The notes beneath the pieces were generated by a model that had not been told where the DNA came from, did no database searches, and saw only the letters and a program-made list of their open reading frames with translations. A stretch of 64,000 nt of DNA. Origin: a virus (Duplodnaviria > Caudoviricetes). The DNA lies in IMG/VR virus record IMGVR_UViG_3300032320_000315, positions 4,097 through 68,096 of that record; one strand, given 5' to 3'. A program made the position numbers and the translations under genes. Positions 29,161 to 39,800 of this stretch are shown piece by piece; positions within the stretch are counted from its first letter, which is position 1; each line of letters opens with the position of its first letter.

Positions 29161-30156
29161 ATGAGTATTGGTGAGATAATCTATTCGTACCTTCCTGCAA
29201 AACGCAAACAAACTCCCAGCGGTTGGATAAAGTTTAATGCTGTCTGCTGTCATCATAATGGCACAAGTGCAGACACAAGACAGCGTGGTGGTATGATCCA
29301 AAACGGTGATGGCGTTAGTTATCACTGTTTCAATTGCGGGTATAAAGCCAGTTGGCAACCTGGTAGACACCTTACTCGAAAAATGCGGCATCTACTGCAA
29401 TGGATGGGCGCACCAGACGATGTAATTAATAAATTGTCGTTTGAAGCAATGAAAATTGAAACAGATTCAAAAGCACTGGAAGCCGTTTCAATTCCCAAGT
29501 TTGAAGATAAACCATTACCAGAAGGTACAATGTCTATCAATGAATGGATCGAACACATTGGTCAATTGCCTCCTGACCTAAGGGCAAAGTTTGACACAGT
29601 TGTTGAATATATCTGGTTTAGAAAATTAGATCCTACGGCAGATTTTTATTGGTGTCCTATGCACGGACTTGCCGATAGACTAATCATACCATTTAGATTA
29701 GACGGACGTATTGTAGGGCATACTGCTCGCAAGGTCATACAAGGCAAGCCCAAGTACATATCGGATCAGACCCCTGGATATGTGTTTAACTTAGACCAGC
29801 AGACACAGGATAAAGAATTCGTAATAGTTGTTGAAGGTCCCATGGATGCGCTAAGTATTGATGGTGTTGCTATCCTTGGTGCAGAAATTATGGATAAGCA
29901 GGCACTGTTAATCAACAGACTGAATCGTCGAGTCATTGTTGTTCCAGACAGAGATGCAGACGGTGCTAGGACAGTAGAGCAGGCTATAAACAACAAGTAC
30001 AGTGTCAGTATGCCTGACTGGCCTGAAGGCATCAAAGACGTCAACGATGCTGTTCAAAAACTGGGCAAACTACAAACTCTGTACAGAATTGTATCCGAAA
30101 CAGAACACAGTGAATTAAAAATTAAATTAAGGGCAAAACAATGGTTTTTAAATTAA
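29161..30156 (+). CDS. DNA primase (gp61/DnaG-like)
   Basis: Zn site C..H...CFNC; TOPRIM VEGPMDA, PDRD.DG, KDVND. Confidence 0.92.
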   Translation: MSIGEIIYSYLPAKRKQTPSGWIKFNAVCCHHNGTSADTRQRGGMIQNGDGVSYHCFNCGYKASWQPGRHLTRKMRHLLQWMGAPDDVINKLSFEAMKIETDSKALEAVSIPKFEDKPLPEGTMSINEWIEHIGQLPPDLRAKFDTVVEYIWFRKLDPTADFYWCPMHGLADRLIIPFRLDGRIVGHTARKVIQGKPKYISDQTPGYVFNLDQQTQDKEFVIVVEGPMDALSIDGVAILGAEIMDKQALLINRLNRRVIVVPDRDADGARTVEQAINNKYSVSMPDWPEGIKDVNDAVQKLGKLQTLYRIVSETEHSELKIKLRAKQWFLN

Positions 30157-30224
30157 TTAATAGAATTAAACAGTACTTCAAAGAAAGGGCGAGACGCCGT
30201 CGCGATCCGTTTATCTACAAATGA
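30141..30224 (+). CDS. 27-aa basic peptide MVFKLINRIKQYFKERARRRRDPFIYK
   Basis: Overlaps primase end; ATGA-coupled to next gene; absent from ORF track. Confidence 0.5.
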   Translation: MVFKLINRIKQYFKERARRRRDPFIYK

Positions 30225-31177
30225 TTCATTGGGGTATTAATGCACTCAATCACGGTAGTAGTCTAGCCGTGTTTAAAGATAATGTCTTGCAGTCGTGGAC
30301 TAATTCTCAAGAAGACGAATTTGACACCAGTGTTCTAACATCAGCCTTACACTACGGTGCACCTGATAGAATTTTTTGGTATGAGCGTCCTTGGGTCAAG
30401 AAAGCAAGACAGTTATATGCTGGACAGTATAGAACAGCATTTGATATGTCGGTGTTACCTAGACAGTACTTGAATAAAATACGTGTACACTATGCCCCTG
30501 TAACCTACACAGCGCATCATGCCAGTCATGCGGCTGCTGGTTACTATACTAGCCCGTTTAATCACTGTGCGGTAGTTGTATTAGATGCTATTGGTGAATT
30601 CGAATCGGCTACTATTTGGAATTGTGTGCATGGAGAAATGACCAAAGTATGGAGCAGAAGTTATCCCAATAGTCTCGGATTATTCTACAGTGCCTTCACA
30701 CAGTTTGTTGGGTTAACTCCAATTAAAGATGAGCACTTATTACAGAAAATGGCTGAACAAGGCGATCCACGCCAGTTCTTAAATTATGTAAGAAGTTATT
30801 TTAATTCAGGCACAGTCTTAGACTTGAATACTAATTTTCATCGTGGTGTACTTAACTGGGATCACAACGAATTAACTACATTACAAGAACAATGTAACTT
30901 GGCGGCGGCAGTACAACAGGTATTTGAAGAACAAGTTGAATCGATAATGACCACTGCAAAATTATTTACTAATGCCGATTGTTTAGTTTATATGGGCGGT
31001 TGCGCCATGAACAGTACTGCTAATAAAAAGTTAGTTGAACCGATGTTCAAACATATTTGGAGTTTGCCTAATCCAGGAGATCCTAGTAGCAGTATAGGAG
31101 CAGTGGCTTATCATAGTCAGCAACGCATTTGGAATTGGCAATGGAAAGATTGCAAACACATCACAATTAAAGTATAA
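30221..31177 (+). CDS. Carbamoyltransferase N-terminal (NodU/CmcH, Kae1-like) domain only
   Basis: HGSS.A, HHASHA, VLDAIGE, GGCAMN, GDPSSSIGA. Confidence 0.85.
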   Translation: MIHWGINALNHGSSLAVFKDNVLQSWTNSQEDEFDTSVLTSALHYGAPDRIFWYERPWVKKARQLYAGQYRTAFDMSVLPRQYLNKIRVHYAPVTYTAHHASHAAAGYYTSPFNHCAVVVLDAIGEFESATIWNCVHGEMTKVWSRSYPNSLGLFYSAFTQFVGLTPIKDEHLLQKMAEQGDPRQFLNYVRSYFNSGTVLDLNTNFHRGVLNWDHNELTTLQEQCNLAAAVQQVFEEQVESIMTTAKLFTNADCLVYMGGCAMNSTANKKLVEPMFKHIWSLPNPGDPSSSIGAVAYHSQQRIWNWQWKDCKHITIKV

Positions 31178-31184
31178 TTAAAAA

Positions 31185-32645
31185 ATGACCACCAGACAAA
31201 ATACAGATTACGGCTACGACATACAGAAACTTTATTTGGAGATGATGCTCAGTGATGCTGGCACATTTGTACGTTGCCAAAGTATTTTTGATCCTACGTT
31301 GTTTGATCGCAAACTGCAAGATGCGGCAGAATTTATGAATCGTTATGTCATAGAACATAATGCATTGCCGACATTTGAAATGATGCAAGCGGCAACGAAG
31401 ACAACATTGAATAATCCGGGCGTACTCAAAGACGAGCACTACGATTGGCTCATGACTGAATTTGAAACTTTTATTAGACACAAGGGTTTAGAAAGAGCAA
31501 TTTTAAAATCGGCTGACTTGTTGGAAGAAGGCAACTACGGTCCTGTGGAAGATATGATTAAACAGGCTGTACAAATAGGTCTACAAAAGGACATGGGTAC
31601 AGACTATTGGAGTGATCCCAAAGGTCGACTGATGGGACTTAAAGATAAAAATGGACAGGTTAAAACTGGCTGGGACACAGTTGACAAGAGATTATTTGGC
31701 GGAATGAACCGTGGAGAACTAAACATCTTTGCGGGTGGATCAGGTGCAGGTAAGAGCTTATTTCTAGCGAACCTAGGTGTGAACTGGGCACTACAAGGAT
31801 TAAATGTAGTGTACCTGACGCTTGAACTTAGTGAAGCATTGGTTAGTATGCGTGTAGATTCAATGACTACTGGCATACCTACTAGAGACATTTTCAAAGA
31901 CATTGACAATGTTGAAATGAAAGTTAAAATGATTGGTAAAAAATCCGGAGCATATCAGGTCAAATATATGCCTTCAGGTAAAACTACTAATGACATTCGT
32001 GCGTACTTAAAAGAGTATGAAATTAAAATGGGTCGTAAAGTTGATGTGTTGTTAGTTGACTACATGGACTTATTATTACCAATCAGTAAGAAAATTTCAG
32101 CAGAAAACTTATTCGTTAAGGACAAGTATGTGGCAGAAGAACTGCGTAACTTGGCCATGGAAAAACAATGTGTATTTGTTACAGCGGCACAGTTGAACCG
32201 TGGTGCTGTTGAAGAAGTTGAGTTTGACCACAGTCATATTTCAGGCGGACTTAGTAAGATCCAGACAGCAGATAACGTGTTTGGTATCTTTACAAGTCGT
32301 GCTATGCGTGAGCGTGGCAAGTATCAAATACAGTTGATGAAAACTCGTAGTTCTAGCGGTGTTGGTATGAAAATTGACTTAGATTTTGATATCGATACTC
32401 TGCGTATTACAGATCCAGGAATCGAAGGAGATAACGAATATCGTCCTAAGAGTTCTGCAATTCTTGATGATATCAAACGCAAATCAACTACAGAAACAGT
32501 GGTTGCTGAAACCGGAGAAATCATCACAGATCCTACACAAGGTATTGCCCTGCCGAAGATCAAAGCACAGGCAGATAGCACCAAATTGCGTCAATTCTTA
32601 AGCAATATGGGCGGTTCATCGGACCCAACCAAAGATCCTTTTTAA
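31185..32645 (+). CDS. Replicative helicase (gp41/DnaB)
   Basis: GGSGAGKS, TLELSE, VDYMDL, TAAQLNR, K.R. Confidence 0.93.
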   Translation: MTTRQNTDYGYDIQKLYLEMMLSDAGTFVRCQSIFDPTLFDRKLQDAAEFMNRYVIEHNALPTFEMMQAATKTTLNNPGVLKDEHYDWLMTEFETFIRHKGLERAILKSADLLEEGNYGPVEDMIKQAVQIGLQKDMGTDYWSDPKGRLMGLKDKNGQVKTGWDTVDKRLFGGMNRGELNIFAGGSGAGKSLFLANLGVNWALQGLNVVYLTLELSEALVSMRVDSMTTGIPTRDIFKDIDNVEMKVKMIGKKSGAYQVKYMPSGKTTNDIRAYLKEYEIKMGRKVDVLLVDYMDLLLPISKKISAENLFVKDKYVAEELRNLAMEKQCVFVTAAQLNRGAVEEVEFDHSHISGGLSKIQTADNVFGIFTSRAMRERGKYQIQLMKTRSSSGVGMKIDLDFDIDTLRITDPGIEGDNEYRPKSSAILDDIKRKSTTETVVAETGEIITDPTQGIALPKIKAQADSTKLRQFLSNMGGSSDPTKDPF

Positions 32646-32649
32646 CAGG

Positions 32650-32677
32650 TAAATACAAGTCTAAACAGGACTTGTAT
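32650..32677 (+). promoter_or_regulatory. Late promoter TAAATA overlapping an RBS-sequestering hairpin
   Basis: ATACAAGTC-TAAACAG-GACTTGTAT just before ATG 32680. Confidence 0.5.
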
Positions 32678-32679
32678 GT

Positions 32680-33819
32680 ATGTCGCAATCGAATATCTTT
32701 AGAAGTTTACGCCTATTAGGTAAAAATTCCGTAACTTTAGATAATGTTACTGGAAGTCGTGGCGAAATCTTCTACGACACAACATCCAATACACTTAGAT
32801 TATTCAATAGTGTCACAAGGGGCGGCGAAAAAATAGCCACAGAAGATTGGACTATAGATTACGTAGCCAGTCAGCCATCGCAGTTACCTTTACAAGCAGG
32901 AAATTCTGGAAAATTATTATCTACAAACGGCTCATCTGCTGTTTGGACCGCACTTGCGGCGGGAACAAATATATCTTTAAATACCACAGTTTCTGGTACT
33001 ATCACAATTAATAGTACAAAAATTACACAGTTATCCGAAGATGTTGCTCCAGTCCTAGGCGGAGATTTAAATGCGCTTAATGGTTCTAATCAATATAGAA
33101 TTACAAATCTTCCTAACCCAACACTAGATACTGAACCTGTAACTAAAGGATACTTAACTACAACATTAGCAGCCTTAGGTGGTGCGGCGCCCGTTAATGC
33201 CAGCGCACTACTTGGCACAACAATAGCCTCTAACGTAGTTTCCAGTAGTTTAACTAGTGTGGGCACATTAACTGCACTGACTGTTACAGGTGCTACTAGT
33301 ATAAACAACAATCTAACAGTTAATGGTATAGCAACTCCAGCAACAGAATATTTTAAAATCACAGACGGTGCAACACCCACTCCTGTGGTTAAGTTTCAAG
33401 TTGATACGGCCAACGGAAACACAGTTATACAAGGTACCGCACAAATTGTTGGCGATACAACTTTAAACGGGAACATTACTACTGTAGGTGCAATTACATC
33501 TACAGGAAACATTCAAACAACAGGATCCGTTACAGCAAGTGGCGGCTTGGCAACTACAGGTAGTGTGTCAGTAGGTGGTGACATAACTGCTGTTGATAAT
33601 ATTACCAGTACTGGAAATTATACTTCAACAGGTAATGTCAGTGCATCTGGAAATATTGTATCCAGCGGATCATTGTCCGCAGGTTCAGCCACAGTGACTA
33701 ATAATGTTTCGGTGGGTGGCAACGTAAGCATAAGTACTACACCAAGTCAGCCAAATCATGCGGCTACCAAACGTTATGTTGATAATAAATCTATCGCGCT
33801 ATCTATTGCGTTGAGCTAA
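32680..33819 (+). CDS. Tail-fibre-like virion protein
   Basis: GEIFYD, GG.KIAT, P.LGGDL, AATKRYVD; T/G/S-rich beta-helix-like stretch. Confidence 0.7.
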   Translation: MSQSNIFRSLRLLGKNSVTLDNVTGSRGEIFYDTTSNTLRLFNSVTRGGEKIATEDWTIDYVASQPSQLPLQAGNSGKLLSTNGSSAVWTALAAGTNISLNTTVSGTITINSTKITQLSEDVAPVLGGDLNALNGSNQYRITNLPNPTLDTEPVTKGYLTTTLAALGGAAPVNASALLGTTIASNVVSSSLTSVGTLTALTVTGATSINNNLTVNGIATPATEYFKITDGATPTPVVKFQVDTANGNTVIQGTAQIVGDTTLNGNITTVGAITSTGNIQTTGSVTASGGLATTGSVSVGGDITAVDNITSTGNYTSTGNVSASGNIVSSGSLSAGSATVTNNVSVGGNVSISTTPSQPNHAATKRYVDNKSIALSIALS

Positions 33820-33833
33820 GGAAAGAAAATTAA

Positions 33834-36800
33834 ATGGCAAAGAAACAGTTAAAAGATTACAAATTTGTACCTGCGGTACAGCCGCAACCATATAACGCAT
33901 ATCCTAAAGCCGTTGCGTTGTTAGAAGCAAATAAAGATTTTATCATAGCAGAAGCACTTGGTTATACAGATTTTGGATATAACAGTCCTATAACAGCACC
34001 TACAGCGTATCCAAATGCCATTGCACAACTAACTAATAATAAAGAATTCATCAAAGAAGAAGCAAACGCATGGGTACAATATCAAATTGATAATGATATT
34101 GCTCCATTCGTTAATTATACATATAATGCCACAGTTCAAGCAAAATGTAAAAGAGATATCGGATATTTGATCGATGCATGGCTAGTAGACCTTACTGGTG
34201 GCGGCAATGCTGAAACTATCCGCATAGCACGACAGTATTATTTGAATGGCGAAGCACAGTTAATCAGTCCTACACAAGAAACTGCTGTTTATACTTTCTT
34301 GAAAAATTTAATATCTAGTTATGTTCTTGCAGATGCATTATCGCCGACGCTACAAAGTCCAGTCGTAGTTGCACAAAATCGAGCCGCAGGCGTTGGTGAA
34401 GCGGGTGGCATATCTAGATTTAATTCACTAATCGATATTGTAAGAAATCTTATCACCGACGGACTAACTTCATTACCAAGTTTTAGTTATAATTACAGCG
34501 CACTTTATGTAGGGGATACTTATAACAGAACAAAATGTGAAAGAGATATTACCTATGTACTAGACAGTTACATCTATGATTTAAAGTACGGTGGTAATTC
34601 TTTGACTACTTACGTTGCTGGCAGATATTATGTTGGCGGTGTTATACAATTACAAAATTCCGGTGTTGAAATTGCAACACAGACATTTATACAGAATTTA
34701 ATTAATGATTATGTTTTTATAAACAAATATCATGCTAATTATCAAACAGATGTTGAACAAACTGTAACGGCTAATGATGCAGAAGCCACAGCAGAATCTC
34801 AGTTTACATACCTATCAGATATTATCATAGACACAATTACCAGCGGAACTAGTAACATTCCAGCAGTAGTGGCTCCTGATAATCAAGGCGGCGGACTAAT
34901 GCCAAATGCAATAGCATTATTAGAAGCCAATAAGAAATTTGTTCTAGAAGAAACTATTGCGTATATTGCCTATAACGTGGCAAATAATATCAGTCCATTC
35001 CTATACTTTACCTACAACACTGAAAAATGTCGCAGAGACATGAGTTACGTTATTGAGGGTTACATTACTGACCTTAAAAATGGCGGTAATAGGCAAACAT
35101 GGTTTAATGCCAGCAGATACTACGAAGGCGGCGTTGCTGTAGTAGACGGCAGTAGACAGCCTGAAATTTATGCTCATACATTTATTAGAGACTTAATTGA
35201 AAACTATATTTGGAACAACGTTGCGTTCTCTAATAGACAGATTGTTGCTTCCCAGGTAATTGACAATGCTAATATTCCTGAAGTATTTTCTAATACTAGA
35301 TTAAAAGAATTAAGTTCAACTATTCTTGAAGTTATCGAATATGGAACAGATTATCTTCCAACTGAAGTATCTAATCGTGGATACATTAAAATCCCAGGAT
35401 TTTTTAAATTAAAAGATTTCCTATTAGTAACTAACACTAGTAGAAATACAATTCTATATAACTTTGCCGACCCTAATGCTGGCGGCGCAGTTACTTACAG
35501 CGAAGACTATGACAGTGACTTCCCAGGACTACTGTACGGCAATGACCATATCACAAGATTGAGTTTTGATGCTGATACCAGTCAGCATATGGTCACAGAC
35601 ATGATCCAAATCTTTGTGGAAGGCAAAGAGCAACAGGTAAGATTAAATCCAATAGCCACAGATGCTATGGAACGTATGAAAGTAGGTATTCCACAGTCCA
35701 TGCTTGATGCGGACTTTGAATACGGACTACAACCAACCAAGTGGCAGGCCATTGCCATGATGCGTAACTATCCGTCACTGTACGAGATCCCTGGATCTGA
35801 TATTGCAGTTACCAACGTGGTCAGCGATGCTTCGGCAGGTACTAGCGGAGTTGGTGCTAGTTTAATCACAGTTACTACACAGAGCAGTCACGGGTTTGCT
35901 GTTGGTGATCCCTTTACAATCAAAGCATTGGCTAACACAGTTAACGGCTTCAGTCGTGCTGAAGGTTCATTCCTAGTATTTGGTATACCTGCAGCCAATC
36001 AGTTTACCTACTATGCTAAATCTAAAGTAGGTTCTTCAAACCCATCAGTACTGGCTTCTACCTATACACAATTACGTCGTGGCGGATTCTATACTAATGC
36101 ATCAGTGGGTAGTGCTAATTTTTCAGTGTTCTCAACAGGTAGTTCAGGATCTGTTACAACTACTTTAATCACACCTTCAGGTACTGACGTAATTGGATTT
36201 ACTGGTACAGTTCCTCCGGTAGGCGCTCCGATTACAGGTACAGGAATACCAACTGGTGCTCAGATTACTGCGGTTACCGGCGGCGGTGGCACAGCGGCCA
36301 GCACACAATTACTATCCAATGCCAGCATTGGTGCAAATACTGTGGACGTTGTCAGCACCACAGGAATCAGTGCAGGACTGGTATTCAACAGAGGTGATGG
36401 GCAGGCAGTTATTGTCACTGACGTAACAGGAAATACTGTAAGTTTAAGTGGAGCGTTGACCAGTGCTATATTAGGCACAAATCAAACTTATACAAATCAA
36501 AGTCAAAGTGCAACCAGTGGATCAGGATCTGGTGCATTGTTTAATGTGTCACGTTCGGGCACAACTTATTCAGCCAGTGTAACATCTGCTGGTAATAGTT
36601 ATACTGCGGGAGATACAATAACTATCCCGGGCGCAAATTTAGGTGGTGCAACAACCGCCAACAATGCAACTATCACTGTAGATACAGCCAGTGATAAAAA
36701 TACTGTGGCTACATTAGATCAAAACAGTATTGTTGTAAGTTCAGGATATAATACACTAACAGGTTTGGCTACAACAGCAGTTACTGGTACGGGTACTGGG

Positions 36801-39800
36801 TTAATTGTAGATATCAATATTGACTTTAATGGTTCTATTTTAAATGCCAGCGTTAATACACCAGGTAAAGATTATCAGATAGGCGACACTGTAACAATTC
36901 TTGCAGGATTTACACGTGGTAGAATTTTAACACTAAACACTGGAACACTAGTTGGCGGCACAGGATATACTGACGGCACTGGTTTTTCAACCACATCCAG
37001 CGGCAGTGGTACAGGTGCAACAGTAAACATTGTAACCGATGGATCAGGTGTTATAACCAGTGTTGCAATTAATCAAATTGGCTCTGGCTATGTTGCTGGA
37101 GAAATATTAACTATTTCCAGCGGTAATAACGATGCAACTATACAAGTTGGCACAGTAGATGCCGATGGTACTGTACAGATTGCTACTGTTAATCTGGGCG
37201 GATTAATTCAAAGTGTCAGCACAGCAGGTACACCTATCACTGCTCCAACACAGAACTTTATCAGTGCTATTACAATCAACGACATTACTTCACAACAGAT
37301 AGCCGCAAGTTCAACAGTAAGTTATAGTGCTATTGCTACTATACAGGTAACATTTACCACGCCACATGGATTCCTTCCAGGAAATACAATTACAGTGGCT
37401 ATCAGTAGTTCGGGTACAGGAGCGCAACTTGCAGGCGGCCCATTCTTTGTAGAACAAGTACCTACTGCAACAACTATAAGATACACTGCTCGTGCTCCAG
37501 GTACAATTGACAATACGCTAGTAGGTGTAGTATATGGTAGACCAGATGGATTCTTTATTCATAGACCATTCGACGGCGGTGTACAATTAGGCACAGCAGG
37601 ACCAGCGCATGGATCAACAGCCATACGTATGAGTAAGAAATATATTCGTTATCAGTCAGGTAAAGGTGTTATGTACAACACAGGTGCGCTGTTTGCACCA
37701 AGTTACGACATTAGAACATTGACATCCACTGGCACTGCCATAGGCAGTACAATTACATTGACCACAGATGACACAGACCACGGCTGTCAAGTTGGCGGCG
37801 AAATTACTGTTATTGGTGTTTTAACCAGCGGGTATAATGGCAACTACACAGTAACTGACATTGTCAATGAGCGTGTACTGAGAATAGTAGCACAGAAAGT
37901 ATTAGGTGCTACCAGTGCTATATTAGATAACCCTTGTCAGATGAGTGTTCGCAAGTGGCATGGTGCTACAATTCGTTCTGGTATTTTTGATGACCAAAAC
38001 GGTATGTTCTGGCAGTATGACGGACAGCGTATGGCTGTGGTTCGTCGAAGCAGTACTTTCCAGTGTGCAGGTACTATTGGTATTCCTGCAAACAGCAATA
38101 CTATTACTGGAACTAACACTAGATTTACACAACAATTAGCCGCAGGTGACCGTGTGGTCATTCGTGGTATGACACATATTATCAGTGCTGTAGAATCAGA
38201 CACAGTCTGTTACTGTACTCCAGACTATCGTGGTGTTAGTAACCTAACAGAAGCCAAGATGTTAAAGACTACAGACACTATTGTAGCACAGGAAAACTTT
38301 AACAAAGATCCATTAAACGGTACAGGCTCCAGCGGCTATGTGTTAGACGTAACCAAGATGCAGATGATTGGTATCCAACATACTTGGTACGGTGCTGGCT
38401 TTATTGATTTCATGCTACGTGGCAGTGAAGGCGATTATGTATTTGCACACAGATTCCGTAACAGCAACGTAAACACAGAAGCATATATGCGTACTGGTAA
38501 CCAGCCTGTGCGTTATGAAGTTATCAACGAAGGTGCTAAAGGTGTACTCACAGCCAACATGACTGATGTACAGACTACTATACCTTTAACCGCAGAAGAC
38601 TGCTACTACTTCCCTAATTCAGGTACAGTTATCATCGATAACGAATTAATTCGTTACACTGGACGTACAGATACAGCCTTAACAGGTTGTGTACGAGGTG
38701 CAACACTGACACAGTTTGTGGCAGGTAGCCAACGTAACTTTACAGCAGGCACAGCAGTAGCACACGCAGAACGCACTGGTGTTATCCTAGTAAGTAACAC
38801 AATTACTCCAAACATCAGTCACTGGGGATCAGCGTTTATGATTGACGGACAGTTTGATTCGGATCGTGGATACATCTTTAACTATGCGGCCACTGGTATT
38901 TCAGCCAGCACAGATAAAAATACTGCATTCTTGATTCGACTAGCACCGTCAGTTAGTAACGCACAGATTGGTGACTTGGGCGAACGTGAACTGTTAAATC
39001 GCGCTCAGTTATTGTTAAGCAGTATTTCAATTACCAGCGATACTGTATCAGGTGGTGGCGGTATTGTTGTTGAAGGTGTGTTAAACCCCAGCAACTATCC
39101 TACAGACCCAACTAAGATTACCTGGGGCGGCCTGAGCTCAAGTGCGTCAGGTGGACAGCCAAGTTTCGCGCAGATTGCGGCGGGTGGTTCTGTAACATGG
39201 TCAGGTAACGCCAGTACCAGTACTGCAACTATACAGGGTGCATTTACCACAACACTGACTGCAAAAAGTTTTGCTCCAGCAACTAATACACTGACTGCTA
39301 CAAGTTTCAGTACAACCACTGTAACAGGTAATGCTCCGGCTATTACCAGTGCTCAAAACGCTACATATCAGTTTGCGTTCAGTACCACACGTAGTGACTT
39401 TTTAATTCCACAGACCACTGTCAGCGGATGGACATCTACTATACAAACAGGTGATCAAATCTCTGTGGCTACATATATCACAGGCGGACAGCGTGTCCAA
39501 AGTATTACCAATAACTTTATTACCATTGGCGCAACCACTTATGCACGTATTGTTATGACTGCTAATGCCAATGCCAACAGTGCAACCAACACAGCAATAA
39601 ACAACGTGACATTCCGTGTTGAAGCATCGGTGACCTATGCCAGTGCATTAAGTACTGCTCGCAGTGACTTCTTAGTCAGTGATACACAGTATACAGCAAC
39701 TACCACAGCAGTCAATGACGTACTCAGTGCTTCAACACAGTTAACTGGTGGACAGACAGTGAGTTCAGCCACCACAACATATATACGTATTGCTGGTGTG

